Source of the DNA: Armatimonadia bacterium
GTDB lineage: Bacteria; Armatimonadota; Zipacnadia; Zipacnadales; UBA11051
Length of the DNA stretch: 19,516 nucleotides
Direction: 5' to 3'
Assembly: GCA_039683575.1 (NCBI GenBank)
Contig: JBDKRC010000067.1
Span: 1 to 19,516, forward strand
The notes below the pieces were generated by a model. It saw only the letters and a program-made list of their open reading frames with translations, searched no databases and was not told where the DNA came from. The position numbers and the translations under genes were made by a program. Positions 1-9,604 of the stretch are shown here, in pieces (within the stretch, counting starts at the first letter, position 1; every line of letters starts with the position of its first letter).

Positions 1-1
1 C

Positions 2-364
2 AAGCTTGGCCAGGCGACGGAACAATACCAGAACGCACTTCGGCTGAACCCGAGCTCGGCGCCTGCACACTACGGTCTGGGTACTGTCATGCAGAAGCAG
101 GGCAACACTGAGGGTGCGGCAAACGAGTTCGGCAAGGCGATGCAACTCAACCCGCGCATGGGGGAAGCGTACCATGGTATGGCACAGACCATGTACCAGC
201 GCGGCGCCTACGGTGCGGCCTGGAATAACCTTCACCAGGCACAGCAGTTAGGCATCCAGCCCGATCGCGGGTTCGTCAGCCAGTTGCGCACCAAGATGCC
301 TGAGCCGCAGATGCAGATGCGCCCGGCGACCCCCATGGGGGCGGGTCACATGAAGTACCGGTAG
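2..364 (+). CDS. Tetratricopeptide repeat (TPR) protein, 5'-truncated by the window edge
   Basis: The frame is open from base 2 (KLGQATEQYQNALRLNPSSAPAHYGLGTVMQKQG...). It repeats the TPR pattern in 'ALRLNP..A.AHYGLG' and 'AMQLNP...EAYHGMA'. Stop TAG at 362-364. Confidence 0.85.
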   Translation, partial: KLGQATEQYQNALRLNPSSAPAHYGLGTVMQKQGNTEGAANEFGKAMQLNPRMGEAYHGMAQTMYQRGAYGAAWNNLHQAQQLGIQPDRGFVSQLRTKMPEPQMQMRPATPMGAGHMKYR

Positions 365-397
365 CGCCGACCACCGCGGACATCATTGGACATGAAA

Positions 398-432
398 CGT
401 GCCAGGCCCCAAAGCGGGGCTGGCACGGCTTT
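398..432. terminator. Probable bidirectional intrinsic terminator between convergent genes
   Basis: CGTGCCAGGCCCC-AAAGC-GGGGCTGGCACG forms a 12-bp stem with one bulge. AAA lies on the left and GCTTT on the right. Confidence 0.65.
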
Positions 433-453
433 GCTACCTGCTTGCTGTCCCTA

Positions 454-3400
454 TCACCGGAGCACGAAGACGACCGCTTCCCCTGGCGCCACTTCCGCCG
501 CCACCGTCTCTCCCGCCTTCACAAGCTTCCCGCTGTAGTACTCCTTGCCTCCACCTGCGGCAACGGGCAGAGCTACCTGATGCACCACCGGCTTACTCGA
601 CTGGTTCATAAGGCACACCAGCGTTGTCTTGCCGTCACTGACAATCTCTCCCTGGCTCTCATCCACCCCTGGCACGGGGGAATGCTTGCCCTTCAGGAAT
701 ACCTGCTCATATTCCGCCGCCAGCCGCGTCGTCTCCGCCATCGCATACCAGCTTCGCCCGTCAATGGTCAGCCGGTCATAGACCAGGACCCCACCGGGGC
801 TATCGAGCAGGACCCGCAGCAGCCAGCCCTTGCTTAGGGGCGTCTGTGGACTGGTGATGCTGGTCTCATACGGCACCACCAGCGCCCCGCCAATCAGCGG
901 GATGCCCTTCAGTCCCTCAACGGTAGCCTTGATGCCCTCCAGCGGCCTGCCGTAGCCACACCCGGCGCGGTCCACTGCCTGAAGCTGGCCCACATGTCGC
1001 CAATCGACACCATAGCGCTCCGGGTTGTCCTCAGTCTGGTAGCCGCTATAGGCGCTAAAGGGCGTGCCAGGTGCCAGGCGGTGTGTAGTCTCCTTGAACT
1101 TCGCGAACAGTTGCGCCACCCGCAGGCACATGAAGTCTACCCACTGCGCGCTGTACGTTTTGCGGATGATCTCCGCGCTGAGCGCCGTGTCGGCCGGCAA
1201 CTTGGCAAACTCGCGGAAGGCAGCGAGACAGCGTGGGCAATAGCACGAGTGCGGCCCGTTGTATGGCGAGTACTCGTAGTCATAGTCAAGCGTATTGGGA
1301 CGAATTGCGTCCAGACGGGTCTCGATGCCCGCTTCGGCCGCTTTCCAGCCCTCGCCGAGCAGCAGCGTCATGCACATCAGGCTGTCGTCAGGCTTGCCAT
1401 CCTGCGCGACCAACCGCTGGTCCGGGTGCTCCTTGAGATAAGGGCCCAGGTCAATGCCCCACGGCTTGAAGTTCGTGCTGAGAGTGTGCTTGAGGCCATA
1501 GCGCGGCCCATTGTCGCTGGTCCAACGGTCCCCGCCCACAATGTCGTTGAAACCGCTGGCCTGACTGCAGCGCAGAACCTCCTCGCGCAGCTTCAGATCG
1601 TCCATGTTGCTCAGCCAGCCACCCCAGAGCTGCCAGGTCAAGGTCTTGCACTGCCCGCCATTGAGCTTCGGAAGCAGCCGCACCTTGAAGCTCTGCGGGG
1701 GCTCTGCAACCGCCCCGCCGTCGGCCTCGCTCCAGTAGCTGAAGGGCGCCTCGGTGCTCTTCGGCTCGCCCGCCGCTTCGCGGTACCGGGCGAACACCTC
1801 AAGCTGGGCCATGATCGGATGCCCGGCGAGGAGGACCGGCTTGTCGGCCGTGATCTTCACCACGCGCATCGCTTTGCCATCCACTTTGCGCTCGCCAAGT
1901 TGCTCGCACGACCACACAGGCTGCGTGGACCGCACGCCGTAGAAGCCGGTGGCGCCGATGATCTCGTAGTCGAGCGGTGTGGCGACATACGTGGTCCACC
2001 CGGGCAGCTTGCGGTGCTTGAAGCCATCCACGATCAGCGTGAAGTGCTGGGCCGGCCCACGGGCCAGGTAGAATGCGGGCTCGGGCGTCGGCCAGACCCG
2101 CGTCTGCTCAAAGAGCAGGGTGTGCCGCAGCACCACGGGCTTGCCCGCCTCGCCCACCATCGCCCCCAGCGTCGCATGTTGCGAAAGCACCGGCGCCTTC
2201 GGGAAGGCCGAGTCATCGATGAGGCGGGCACCCGGCTTCTGGCTATCTGCTGGCGCGAGCTTCCACTGGTCGGCGTGCCCAATCGAACCGCCGCAATCAA
2301 GCGCCAGAGCCGCTGTCCCCTGCTGCAGCCGCAGGGCGAGCACGTTTGGCCCCTTCTGGAGCGGCAGCTTGATCTCCGCGCGATCCGCCGAAGCGCCCCG
2401 CGCGATGATTTCATCGTTCAGGAACAGTTCATACGGTCCCGCAGCGGCGAGGGTCAGCGTTGCCGACGAGGCCTTGATCGAGCGGCTCACCAGCGGCGTG
2501 AGTGCGATGGGACGGAGGCTCGCGGCGTCGAGCACCGCATGCCCGAGGCGCACCTCACTTTCACCGGGGAGGTCAAGCCGCTGGGTCAGCGCTTTGGCGC
2601 CCTCAGCGATCATGAGTTGGGTCTCGTGACGAATCCCCGCCGCGCCCCGGATCTCGCTGATAGCGTACACCGAGGCCGGGGGATTGAGCGACAGCAGGAG
2701 TTCATTGCCAAGGGGCTGCAGGCTCGTAGGCGGATGGATAGCCAATCCGGGAGTGAAGGTGTCAAAGACCAGCGCCCCAAGCTCCACCGGGTCATGGAAC
2801 CCCTTGTCTGACAGATTCCACGAACTCGTTTCCTTCCGCGCTTTGGCAATGCGGCCAAAACAGGCGCGCCATGTCTCGCCGGGCGCCGCCTTCGCCCCAA
2901 GATCGCTCAGCGGAATGGCCACTTCCAGCGTCCAGCGCCGCTCATCGGTCGTCCCCACCGCCCGCGCGGATGAGTTCCACTTGAGATCGCGCGATCCCCA
3001 CAGGTCCGGTCCGGTGCAGGCGGCGTCGGCGACGGTGCCGAGGGAGTTGATCGTGAAGTCGTAAACGCGGGTCGAGCCGGGCGGTTGCAGGAGCATGACC
3101 ACGCTGTCATCGTTGTAGACCTCCCCGTCGCGCGCCGTGACCTTCGCCAGGAACTCATGTCGCCGCTGCTGGGCGGTGTCCAGAATCGGCTCGGGGCAGT
3201 CGAAAGCGAGGTAGAGGTTGCTGTCATCATGGCAGACACGCACGAGCGTGTCGGCCTGCGGCGGCAGCGTCGAGCCAACTACTGAGAAGTTCGAGCACAC
3301 CACAGCCCGCAGCCACGCCGGGTCGCTGAGATCCCCATCAAGCGTAGGCGCCTGGGCAGGGGCAATCGCCGCCATCGGCCGCGTGCCAAAGAGCGCCGGA

Positions 3401-4323
3401 GCCGCGGCAAGCTGATCATCGGTCAGATCGGCGCTGGTGGCCAGCACCACCGCGTCTATCGCAGCCTCTCCGGCAGTGTTCTTCTCACGCTGCAGCACGA
3501 GCCCAAAGCTGTCCCCCACTTCACGCACAACCAGCGGCGGGAAGCGTAGCCACTGCCACTCATTGATCTTCGAGGCGCTCAGTGAAGCTACATACTGAGT
3601 ATTGCCCCCCAGCGCGGTGCTGACCCGGAACTGGTCTTTCACATGCTGCGGGCGAACACGGGCATAGATCGTCAAGGCCTTGCTTGTGCGTGGGAACGGC
3701 AATCCCGTGAGCGCCGCATACTGCTCATCACCGACGACCTTGCCCCCAGAGCCCGTCTGGTCGGCCTTGACCGTCCGGTTGCGCTGGGCAAAGTCTTCCG
3801 CCTCCAGCCGCCACGGCGAGACCTCCGCCTCCCAGGCCTCCGGTGCCGGCCCCTGCGTCACTTTGACGTCATCCACCTCAAAGACCGCGCCCGGCTGGGC
3901 CTTCTGTGTTATGAAGTACACCGACAGCGCCTTGTCGTTGGCGCTGAGAGCCTTGGCCAGCGACACTTCCTGCCACTGGCCGGTCAGAACCGTCACTTTC
4001 GGCGAATACAACCACCCGTTGGCCGACAGGAGGCACAGCCACAACTCGCCCTTCCCCCGCACCTTAGCCGAGGCAGTGGTCACACGCGCGCCGCTGAGGC
4101 CGGAGGCGACCACATAGAACCCCTCAAGGGCCTTCTTCCCCGGCGTTGTCACACGGGCGAAGTGGTTCTCCCCCTCTGTCACACGCTCGATACCAAGTTC
4201 ATCGGGGGCAGGGTTGTACGACTTCGCCCCTCCCAGATCGCGCTCGAAGTCTTGAGCATAGGTCTGGGCGAAGACGACGGAAGACAACAGAACGACCAGC
4301 ACAATGGGCAGGAGCTTTCTCAT
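454..4323 (-). CDS. Secreted modular carbohydrate-active protein (~1289 aa): several CBM-like domains including a CBM9/DOMON-like one, plus a C-terminal glycoside-hydrolase-like TIM barrel
   Basis: Start moved to MRKLLPIVLVVLLSSVVFAQ (signal peptide; alternative ATG at 4332). Motifs: 'LEAED...SGG' (CBM6/35-like); 'APTLDGDLSDPAW...DDSNLYLAF...DDSV...WTLEVAIPL' (CBM9-like); 'YELFLND...LQKGPNVLAL' (galactose-binding-like fold); 'DYEY...CYCPRCLAAFREF...W' (GH42-like Cys cluster). Tandem stops TGA TAG. Confidence 0.75.
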   Translation of the reverse strand: MRKLLPIVLVVLLSSVVFAQTYAQDFERDLGGAKSYNPAPDELGIERVTEGENHFARVTTPGKKALEGFYVVASGLSGARVTTASAKVRGKGELWLCLLSANGWLYSPKVTVLTGQWQEVSLAKALSANDKALSVYFITQKAQPGAVFEVDDVKVTQGPAPEAWEAEVSPWRLEAEDFAQRNRTVKADQTGSGGKVVGDEQYAALTGLPFPRTSKALTIYARVRPQHVKDQFRVSTALGGNTQYVASLSASKINEWQWLRFPPLVVREVGDSFGLVLQREKNTAGEAAIDAVVLATSADLTDDQLAAAPALFGTRPMAAIAPAQAPTLDGDLSDPAWLRAVVCSNFSVVGSTLPPQADTLVRVCHDDSNLYLAFDCPEPILDTAQQRRHEFLAKVTARDGEVYNDDSVVMLLQPPGSTRVYDFTINSLGTVADAACTGPDLWGSRDLKWNSSARAVGTTDERRWTLEVAIPLSDLGAKAAPGETWRACFGRIAKARKETSSWNLSDKGFHDPVELGALVFDTFTPGLAIHPPTSLQPLGNELLLSLNPPASVYAISEIRGAAGIRHETQLMIAEGAKALTQRLDLPGESEVRLGHAVLDAASLRPIALTPLVSRSIKASSATLTLAAAGPYELFLNDEIIARGASADRAEIKLPLQKGPNVLALRLQQGTAALALDCGGSIGHADQWKLAPADSQKPGARLIDDSAFPKAPVLSQHATLGAMVGEAGKPVVLRHTLLFEQTRVWPTPEPAFYLARGPAQHFTLIVDGFKHRKLPGWTTYVATPLDYEIIGATGFYGVRSTQPVWSCEQLGERKVDGKAMRVVKITADKPVLLAGHPIMAQLEVFARYREAAGEPKSTEAPFSYWSEADGGAVAEPPQSFKVRLLPKLNGGQCKTLTWQLWGGWLSNMDDLKLREEVLRCSQASGFNDIVGGDRWTSDNGPRYGLKHTLSTNFKPWGIDLGPYLKEHPDQRLVAQDGKPDDSLMCMTLLLGEGWKAAEAGIETRLDAIRPNTLDYDYEYSPYNGPHSCYCPRCLAAFREFAKLPADTALSAEIIRKTYSAQWVDFMCLRVAQLFAKFKETTHRLAPGTPFSAYSGYQTEDNPERYGVDWRHVGQLQAVDRAGCGYGRPLEGIKATVEGLKGIPLIGGALVVPYETSITSPQTPLSKGWLLRVLLDSPGGVLVYDRLTIDGRSWYAMAETTRLAAEYEQVFLKGKHSPVPGVDESQGEIVSDGKTTLVCLMNQSSKPVVHQVALPVAAGGGKEYYSGKLVKAGETVAAEVAPGEAVVFVLR

Positions 4324-4508
4324 AGTGGCCATACGTTCGTCAATGAAGGGCGTAGCCCTGCCTGAGGATGCAACAATCGTCCAGATTGCCGCCAAATGGC
4401 AAGCTTCGGCCAAAAAGGTGGCGATCAATATGAAGGTCCCTCGCATACATACGGGGCAATGGACCGTCGTCGCCCGCATAGCACGATATTGCGTCAGAGG
4501 AGTTGGTG

Positions 4509-5129
4509 ATGATGGCTTTGGGTGGGAAGAGAGAAGGCTTCACGCTTATTGAGCTTCTGGTCGTGATTGCGATTATCGCGATTCTGGCCGCCATACTGTT
4601 CCCCGTGTTCGCCAAAGCGCGGGCCAAGGCGCGTGAAGCCTCCTGTTTGTCGAATGTCAAGCAGATGACTCTGGCCGTCAATATGTACATCCAGGACTAT
4701 GACAACTACTATCCCCTCGCCTACGTAACCTCCGCCAGCCTCCCCGGTGGCGGTATCTCCTGGGCAGGGATCGTGAATCCCTACGTGGCGTCGCAGACTG
4801 AGAATGGCATCTGGCGGTGTCCAGATACTTCAAACCGCAGGTCATGGGGCCATTGGGCGTACATCGACTACGGCATCAACGCCCAGATTGTCTGGAGCAC
4901 GAATCTGGCCAAGAACGAGGGGGATATCGCGGAGCCGTCACGCAAGGTCCTCGTCGGTGAGACCAAGTATCAGTACTCCCCGGGTGTCTGGTATGGGTGG
5001 TACAACTGGTTTGGTTTCACCTCCTCCATGTCCCGCTACGACCACCTCGAGCGGGCCCAGTTCGGCTTCTGCGACGGGCATGCCAAGGGGGCCACGCCGA
5101 CGCAGGGGAGCAGCGGCTTCGTTTACTGA
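4509..5129 (+). CDS. DUF1559-family prepilin-type N-terminal cleavage/methylation protein with H-X9-DG C-terminal motif
   Basis: [39 protein letters not shown] at the N-terminus. C-terminal [12 protein letters not shown] is an exact H-X9-DG. RBS GAGGAG at 4497-4502 precedes ATG 4509 or 4512. Confidence 0.93.
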   Translation: MMALGGKREGFTLIELLVVIAIIAILAAILFPVFAKARAKAREASCLSNVKQMTLAVNMYIQDYDNYYPLAYVTSASLPGGGISWAGIVNPYVASQTENGIWRCPDTSNRRSWGHWAYIDYGINAQIVWSTNLAKNEGDIAEPSRKVLVGETKYQYSPGVWYGWYNWFGFTSSMSRYDHLERAQFGFCDGHAKGATPTQGSSGFVY

Positions 5130-5153
5130 GCGCCCGACCCAGCCATCAACCAG

Positions 5154-5192
5154 GCGCGAGAGGACTCACCGGGCCTCTCGCGCTTTTTGTTT
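5154..5192 (+). terminator. Rho-independent terminator
   Basis: Perfect 10-bp stem GCGCGAGAGG/CCTCTCGCGC followed by TTTTTGTTT, 25 nt after the DUF1559 stop. Confidence 0.88.
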
Positions 5193-5259
5193 GGGTCTTG
5201 ACGGAATGATAGGGAATACGCAAGGCTAAGGGCACAAGTCGCGGTTCGAGGAGGCAGGC

Positions 5260-7569
5260 ATGCGCACAGTGTCTATGGTCGCTCTGCTGCTGATGATCCC
5301 GGTGTTGGCTGTGGCTCAAACCTACAAGTTCGACATGGGCCCCGCGAACTCGCCCGTGGCTGCCGGTTACCAGCAAGTCACGCCGCAGACTACTCTGGAC
5401 AAGAACCCCGATTACGGCTGGGCCGCCCCTGCGCAGATGTATGTGAACCGCAATGAGCCCACCAACCCCTACTACGCCGCTCAGAAGTCGCTGGAGTACA
5501 CCCTGTACTCCGACGGCGTCCTCTCCATCGGCGAGAACACCTTCACCTTCAAGGTCCAGCCCGGCCGCTATGCCGTGACCGCGATCATCGGCGACCTCGC
5601 CCTCGGCGAGGGCCGCCCCGGCAACTCCATCTGGGCCAATGGCGAGCAGGTCGTGAAGGATGCCGTCACCGACGCCTCGGTCAAGGCCTTTACCTTCCCC
5701 GTAGCCGCCCCTGACGGCAAAATCGCCCTGCGCTTCCGCGCCGACAGCTCCCAGCGTTATTCGACCGTCATCGGCGTAACCGCCGACAGGGCCGCCGACG
5801 CCGCGGAGGTGGCGCGGACGGAGGTTGAGTACCCCCGCGAGCCGGTCACCCGCGAGACCTACCTGCGCAACTGGGCGGCCCTTGTGGCGGCGTTGGCGGC
5901 GGACTGGGAGATAGCCAGGCAGGAACTCCGCGCCGAAGGCATCGACCTCGCCTACAAGCCCACCGACCTGCAGGGCAAGCCCGGCTATCGTGAGTACTGG
6001 GGCTGGAGCCTCGGAGGCGGCTCATGGGAGCGCCTCGCGCAGAAGACCGGTGGACTGGACTTCAGCGGGCTGGGTCCGCTGTTCCGCGAGATGGGGATAG
6101 ACGGCTTCATGACCAACAGCCCGGCCGTCCTGGCGGGTCTGCGGCAGACAGGGCTGAAACACGCCGTATCGGGCGGCGCCGAGGGCTTCCCGCGCCAGGA
6201 CATGACCGGCATTACCCTCAACCTGATGAAGAATGCCGACGGCACGACCAAGACCATAGACCGGGTGTACTCAAACGTTGCCCCGGATGTCATCGAGGTC
6301 TTTCGGCAGACCTGGCGAGACCGCCTGAAGGACGCCGCCCCTGGCGCCGAGTTCTTCCTCCTCGACGAACCCCGCGGCATGTGGGGAGCCGGCGCCTTCG
6401 GCGACTACAGCGCCCCCTCACAAGCTCTCTTCCGGCAGTGGTGCAAGGACAAGGGCTACACCGACCTCGGAGGCCAGGACATCCCCGAGCGCGGCCGCAA
6501 CCTGGCCTTCTACCGCTTCTACCAGTTCCGCCTGCAGTCCGTCGCGTACTTCGTGAAGAGCTTCATCCAGGACACGCCCGTCCAGAACGTCATCACCGCC
6601 CCCGGCAACGGCGACATCGGCCCGGAGCAGATGAACCACAACAGCTACTGGCCACCCGCCATGGCCAGGGCCGGCCTGATCAGCACCTGCTGGTCATACG
6701 GCACCCCCGCCGCGGCCAAGATGCATGCCGAGACCATTGCCATGGCCCGCGAGTTCGGCGGCCAGAGCATGATGGTCCCGCCGCTGTACCCCGAGATGCA
6801 TACCCCACAGTATGCCATCCCCATGCACGTCGCCGGGATCAGCGCGCTTACCACCAGAATCAACCCCTGGCACTTCGGCGGCCCCCTCAACGGCCCCGAC
6901 CGCCCGCAGTGGATGAAGGACGTCTTCCTCAGCTCCCGCCTGACCCACGCCACCAGCGGCCTCACCCACACTCCCTCGCTGTACGTCTGGTGCCCCGAGA
7001 GCATCGTCTACAACGACCTCGTGGAGTTGAACCGCGCCGAGGCCGACCACTGGGCGGCAACCTACCGGGCCCTGTACGATGCGAACCTCGACTATGGGGT
7101 CACCAACAGCTTCAAGGTACCGCCTGGCTCGGTCGTGATCTACTCCTGCGCCCGCCCGGTACTGAGCGCAGAGGAAATGGCCGCCCTGAAGGCATTCGTA
7201 GAGGGCGGCGGAATCCTGCTGCATACCTTCGACGCAGCGCCGGAGTCACCGGACGGGACGAAGTTGGCGGAGTGGGAGAAGCTGCCGCGAGAGCGCGTGT
7301 GGCCGATCACCCTCGAGCCGCAGGGCCTGCGGGCCTACTCCGGGCGGCTGCGGGTACGCAACTGGGAGACCGGCGTAGACAGCGTGAAGACCTACCTCTA
7401 CGAGCGGGGCGGCAGGCGCGTGCACCTGCTGAACAACACCGACCTTGAGAAGCCCGCGGAGATCGTCGCGCCAATAGCCATGCGGGACCTGCTGACAGGC
7501 AAGCCGGTCGCCAAGGGCGCGAAGATAGTCGTTCCTGCCGCAAGATACGCACTGCTGGCCGAGGAATAG
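5260..7569 (+). CDS. Secreted GH42-like-architecture protein: N-terminal galactose-binding-like domain, TIM barrel, class I GATase-like trimerisation-type domain
   Basis: Signal peptide ending AVA|Q and RBS GAGGAGG. 'YKFDMGPANSPVAAGY..VT....YGW' resembles the beta-agarase/YxiM-type binding domain. 'LLDEP...DYS....ALFRQW' and 'YRAL...LSAEEMAALKAFVEGGGILL' resemble the GH42 catalytic and middle domains. Confidence 0.65.
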   Translation: MRTVSMVALLLMIPVLAVAQTYKFDMGPANSPVAAGYQQVTPQTTLDKNPDYGWAAPAQMYVNRNEPTNPYYAAQKSLEYTLYSDGVLSIGENTFTFKVQPGRYAVTAIIGDLALGEGRPGNSIWANGEQVVKDAVTDASVKAFTFPVAAPDGKIALRFRADSSQRYSTVIGVTADRAADAAEVARTEVEYPREPVTRETYLRNWAALVAALAADWEIARQELRAEGIDLAYKPTDLQGKPGYREYWGWSLGGGSWERLAQKTGGLDFSGLGPLFREMGIDGFMTNSPAVLAGLRQTGLKHAVSGGAEGFPRQDMTGITLNLMKNADGTTKTIDRVYSNVAPDVIEVFRQTWRDRLKDAAPGAEFFLLDEPRGMWGAGAFGDYSAPSQALFRQWCKDKGYTDLGGQDIPERGRNLAFYRFYQFRLQSVAYFVKSFIQDTPVQNVITAPGNGDIGPEQMNHNSYWPPAMARAGLISTCWSYGTPAAAKMHAETIAMAREFGGQSMMVPPLYPEMHTPQYAIPMHVAGISALTTRINPWHFGGPLNGPDRPQWMKDVFLSSRLTHATSGLTHTPSLYVWCPESIVYNDLVELNRAEADHWAATYRALYDANLDYGVTNSFKVPPGSVVIYSCARPVLSAEEMAALKAFVEGGGILLHTFDAAPESPDGTKLAEWEKLPRERVWPITLEPQGLRAYSGRLRVRNWETGVDSVKTYLYERGGRRVHLLNNTDLEKPAEIVAPIAMRDLLTGKPVAKGAKIVVPAARYALLAEE

Positions 7570-7596
7570 TAATCTGCATCGCATCGAGGAGCCAAC

Positions 7597-8655
7597 GTGG
7601 AACTCGCCTACAAGCACAACTGGCCCGAAGCCCGGGAGCGCCTGCTGGCCTTCTGGAACATGGAGATCATTGACCGGCCCTGCATCGCGGTAACCGCCCC
7701 CGGACAGCCGCCGAGGCCTATGGATCCGCCGTCGGACGACCAGACCAAGTGGACCGACCCCGAATACGTGGCGCAGAGATACGACGTGTCGCACGAGGCC
7801 ACGTACTTCGGCGGCGAGGCCATTCCCGGGACCTCCCTCATGGTCGGCTACTGCTTCGGCTATGGCGCGCCCCTGCACTACAGCGAGCAGACCGTCTGGC
7901 AGGACCCGATCATCGAGGACTGGGAACACCGCCCGAGCCTCGACCTCGACGAAGAGGAGTGGTCGTGGCGGCAGGTGCAGGCCGTCGTGAAGCGTTGTGC
8001 GGAAGTCAGCGCCGGCAAGTGGATGGTCGGCTTCCCCAACATCCACGAGCCCAACGATCACCTCCCGCTGCTGCGCGGCACGCAGACCTTCCTCATGGAC
8101 CTGATCGAGCACCCCGCCGAGGTCAAGCGCGCGTTGCGCAAGCTACTGGACAACTGGTATATCGTCTACGAGCGCCTTGCCGGCCTTACCCCCCACCAGG
8201 AGGGCTCAAGCGGCTGGCTGGGCCTGTGGTGCCCGTGGCGCCGCAGCGTAACCATGCAAAGCGACGTGTCGTGCATGATGTCGCCGGCGATGTTCGAGGA
8301 GTTCGTCGCGCCCGAGTTGGAGGAATTGAGCGAGTGGCTGGACGGGGCCACGTACCATCTCGACGGCCCTGGCGCCCTGCAGCATGTTGACCGCCTGCTC
8401 GCCATAAAGCGCCTGCACGCCATCCAGTGGACCGCAGGCGCCGGCGCCGAGCAGGGCCTGTACTGGCTTGAGCTCTACCAGCGCATCCAGGCCGGCGGCA
8501 AGGGCGTCATCGTCTATCTGCCCTATGAGGAAGTCGAGACCGCGGTGCGAGAACTCAAGCCGGAGGGCCTCTTCATCATCACCTCCGCCCCCTCAGCGGA
8601 CGCCGCCGAGGCGCTACTGCAGAGGGCGGTGGAGATCACGAACGGGAAACGGTAG
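7597..8655 (+). CDS. Uroporphyrinogen decarboxylase/methyltransferase-like TIM-barrel protein (the family often labelled 'trimethylamine corrinoid protein 2')
   Basis: GTG start with RBS GAGGAG. Motifs: 'LRGTQTFLMDLIEHPAEVK', 'QSD..CMMSPAMFEEFVAPEL', 'YHLDGPGALQH.D.LL.I..L.AIQW..GAG'. Confidence 0.75.
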   Translation: MELAYKHNWPEARERLLAFWNMEIIDRPCIAVTAPGQPPRPMDPPSDDQTKWTDPEYVAQRYDVSHEATYFGGEAIPGTSLMVGYCFGYGAPLHYSEQTVWQDPIIEDWEHRPSLDLDEEEWSWRQVQAVVKRCAEVSAGKWMVGFPNIHEPNDHLPLLRGTQTFLMDLIEHPAEVKRALRKLLDNWYIVYERLAGLTPHQEGSSGWLGLWCPWRRSVTMQSDVSCMMSPAMFEEFVAPELEELSEWLDGATYHLDGPGALQHVDRLLAIKRLHAIQWTAGAGAEQGLYWLELYQRIQAGGKGVIVYLPYEEVETAVRELKPEGLFIITSAPSADAAEALLQRAVEITNGKR

Positions 8656-8735
8656 AGCACGGACGAAGGATTGGGGCGTAACGCAGAGAAAAGCACATTC
8701 AGTCACTCTCAACTATCAGTAGGCCGGGGGAAGCT

Positions 8736-9596
8736 ATGGCGAAACCTCTATCTCCGCTTGACAAGATATGCTCCAGCATTGAGGCCCACCGTTGCGAGGT
8801 CAAACGTCAACTGGCTGAACGTCTCGCGAAGGTTGACCCCTATGAGTTCGAGCACCTGGTCAAGTCGCTGCTTGAGAAGATGAGCTTTACCGAGTGCGAG
8901 GTCACCCAACAGTACAAGGACGGCGGAATAGACCTGAAAGCGAATTTCTCTATCGGCATTAGTGAGATCAAGACATTGGGGCAGGTCAAGCGCGTAAAGC
9001 GGGTGATCGGGACGGAGGATCTGCAGAAATTCTACGGCGTGATGAGTGCACACACCGCACGGAACGAGGTGCATCTCGGACTGTATGTGACAACATCGTC
9101 TTTTGCTGGCTCCGCCATGAGATGGGTGGACGAATCCAATCTGCCTCTGGTGCTAATCGATGGGGCCAAGCTTGTTGACCTGATGGTCGAGTACGGCCTG
9201 CTGGTACGCCAAGTGCCGCTTCCTTCTGCACTCGAGTTGGCGCTCACAGACGTAAGTGTTGTTGAGTTCGTAGAGGAGAGTGTAGATGGAGAACGCGTGG
9301 TGAAGATCGCGCCTCGTGTCGCGCGCGGCCGTTGCTTCAAATGGAACGTGGAGATGGACAGCTCTGGAGCCTATACGCTAGTTGGCGAGTTCCTGCCTGA
9401 TCCTTCACAGAGCTTCACCATCACGGGTCACAGAGTGGCCCGTAGTGCAGACTTCAAGCCGGCACGAACCGAACTCCAAGCTGAAATCGTGTCGCACATA
9501 TCGAGGATATTCCCGGAGCTAGACCGGACGCATGTCGGGGCGAAGGCTTGGAGCGGCACACATCGCATCTACCCAGCCCAGGTGTACGGCAAGTAG
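8736..9596 (+). CDS. Mrr-family (type IV-like) restriction endonuclease: Mrr_cat domain plus an unknown C-terminal extension
   Basis: 'DPYEFEHLVKSLL..M', 'DGGID', 'QVKR', 'GLYVTTSSF' and 'LIDGAKLVDLM' match the PD-(D/Q)xK Mrr catalytic signature. Two hand-counted 60-nt lines are 48% and 53% GC, against 65% for a flanking line. Confidence 0.88.
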   Translation: MAKPLSPLDKICSSIEAHRCEVKRQLAERLAKVDPYEFEHLVKSLLEKMSFTECEVTQQYKDGGIDLKANFSIGISEIKTLGQVKRVKRVIGTEDLQKFYGVMSAHTARNEVHLGLYVTTSSFAGSAMRWVDESNLPLVLIDGAKLVDLMVEYGLLVRQVPLPSALELALTDVSVVEFVEESVDGERVVKIAPRVARGRCFKWNVEMDSSGAYTLVGEFLPDPSQSFTITGHRVARSADFKPARTELQAEIVSHISRIFPELDRTHVGAKAWSGTHRIYPAQVYGK

Positions 9597-9604
9597 GCAT
9601 TCGC

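Noticed and set aside
994-2811. 605-aa plus-strand ORF, and similar long overlapping ORFs (6024-7448, 7246-8112, 10188-11249, 10852-12357, 15327-16166)
   Set aside because: These are antisense or alternate-frame shadows of well-supported genes in high-GC DNA. They are Arg/Pro/Ala-rich with no recognisable motifs.
4324-4479. N-terminal extension of the 1341-aa ORF
   Set aside because: The signal peptide begins at MRKLL. The extension covers the divergent promoter region.
5198-5230. TTGACG as a sigma-70 -35 element upstream of 5260
   Set aside because: There is no convincing -10 at 16-18 nt spacing.
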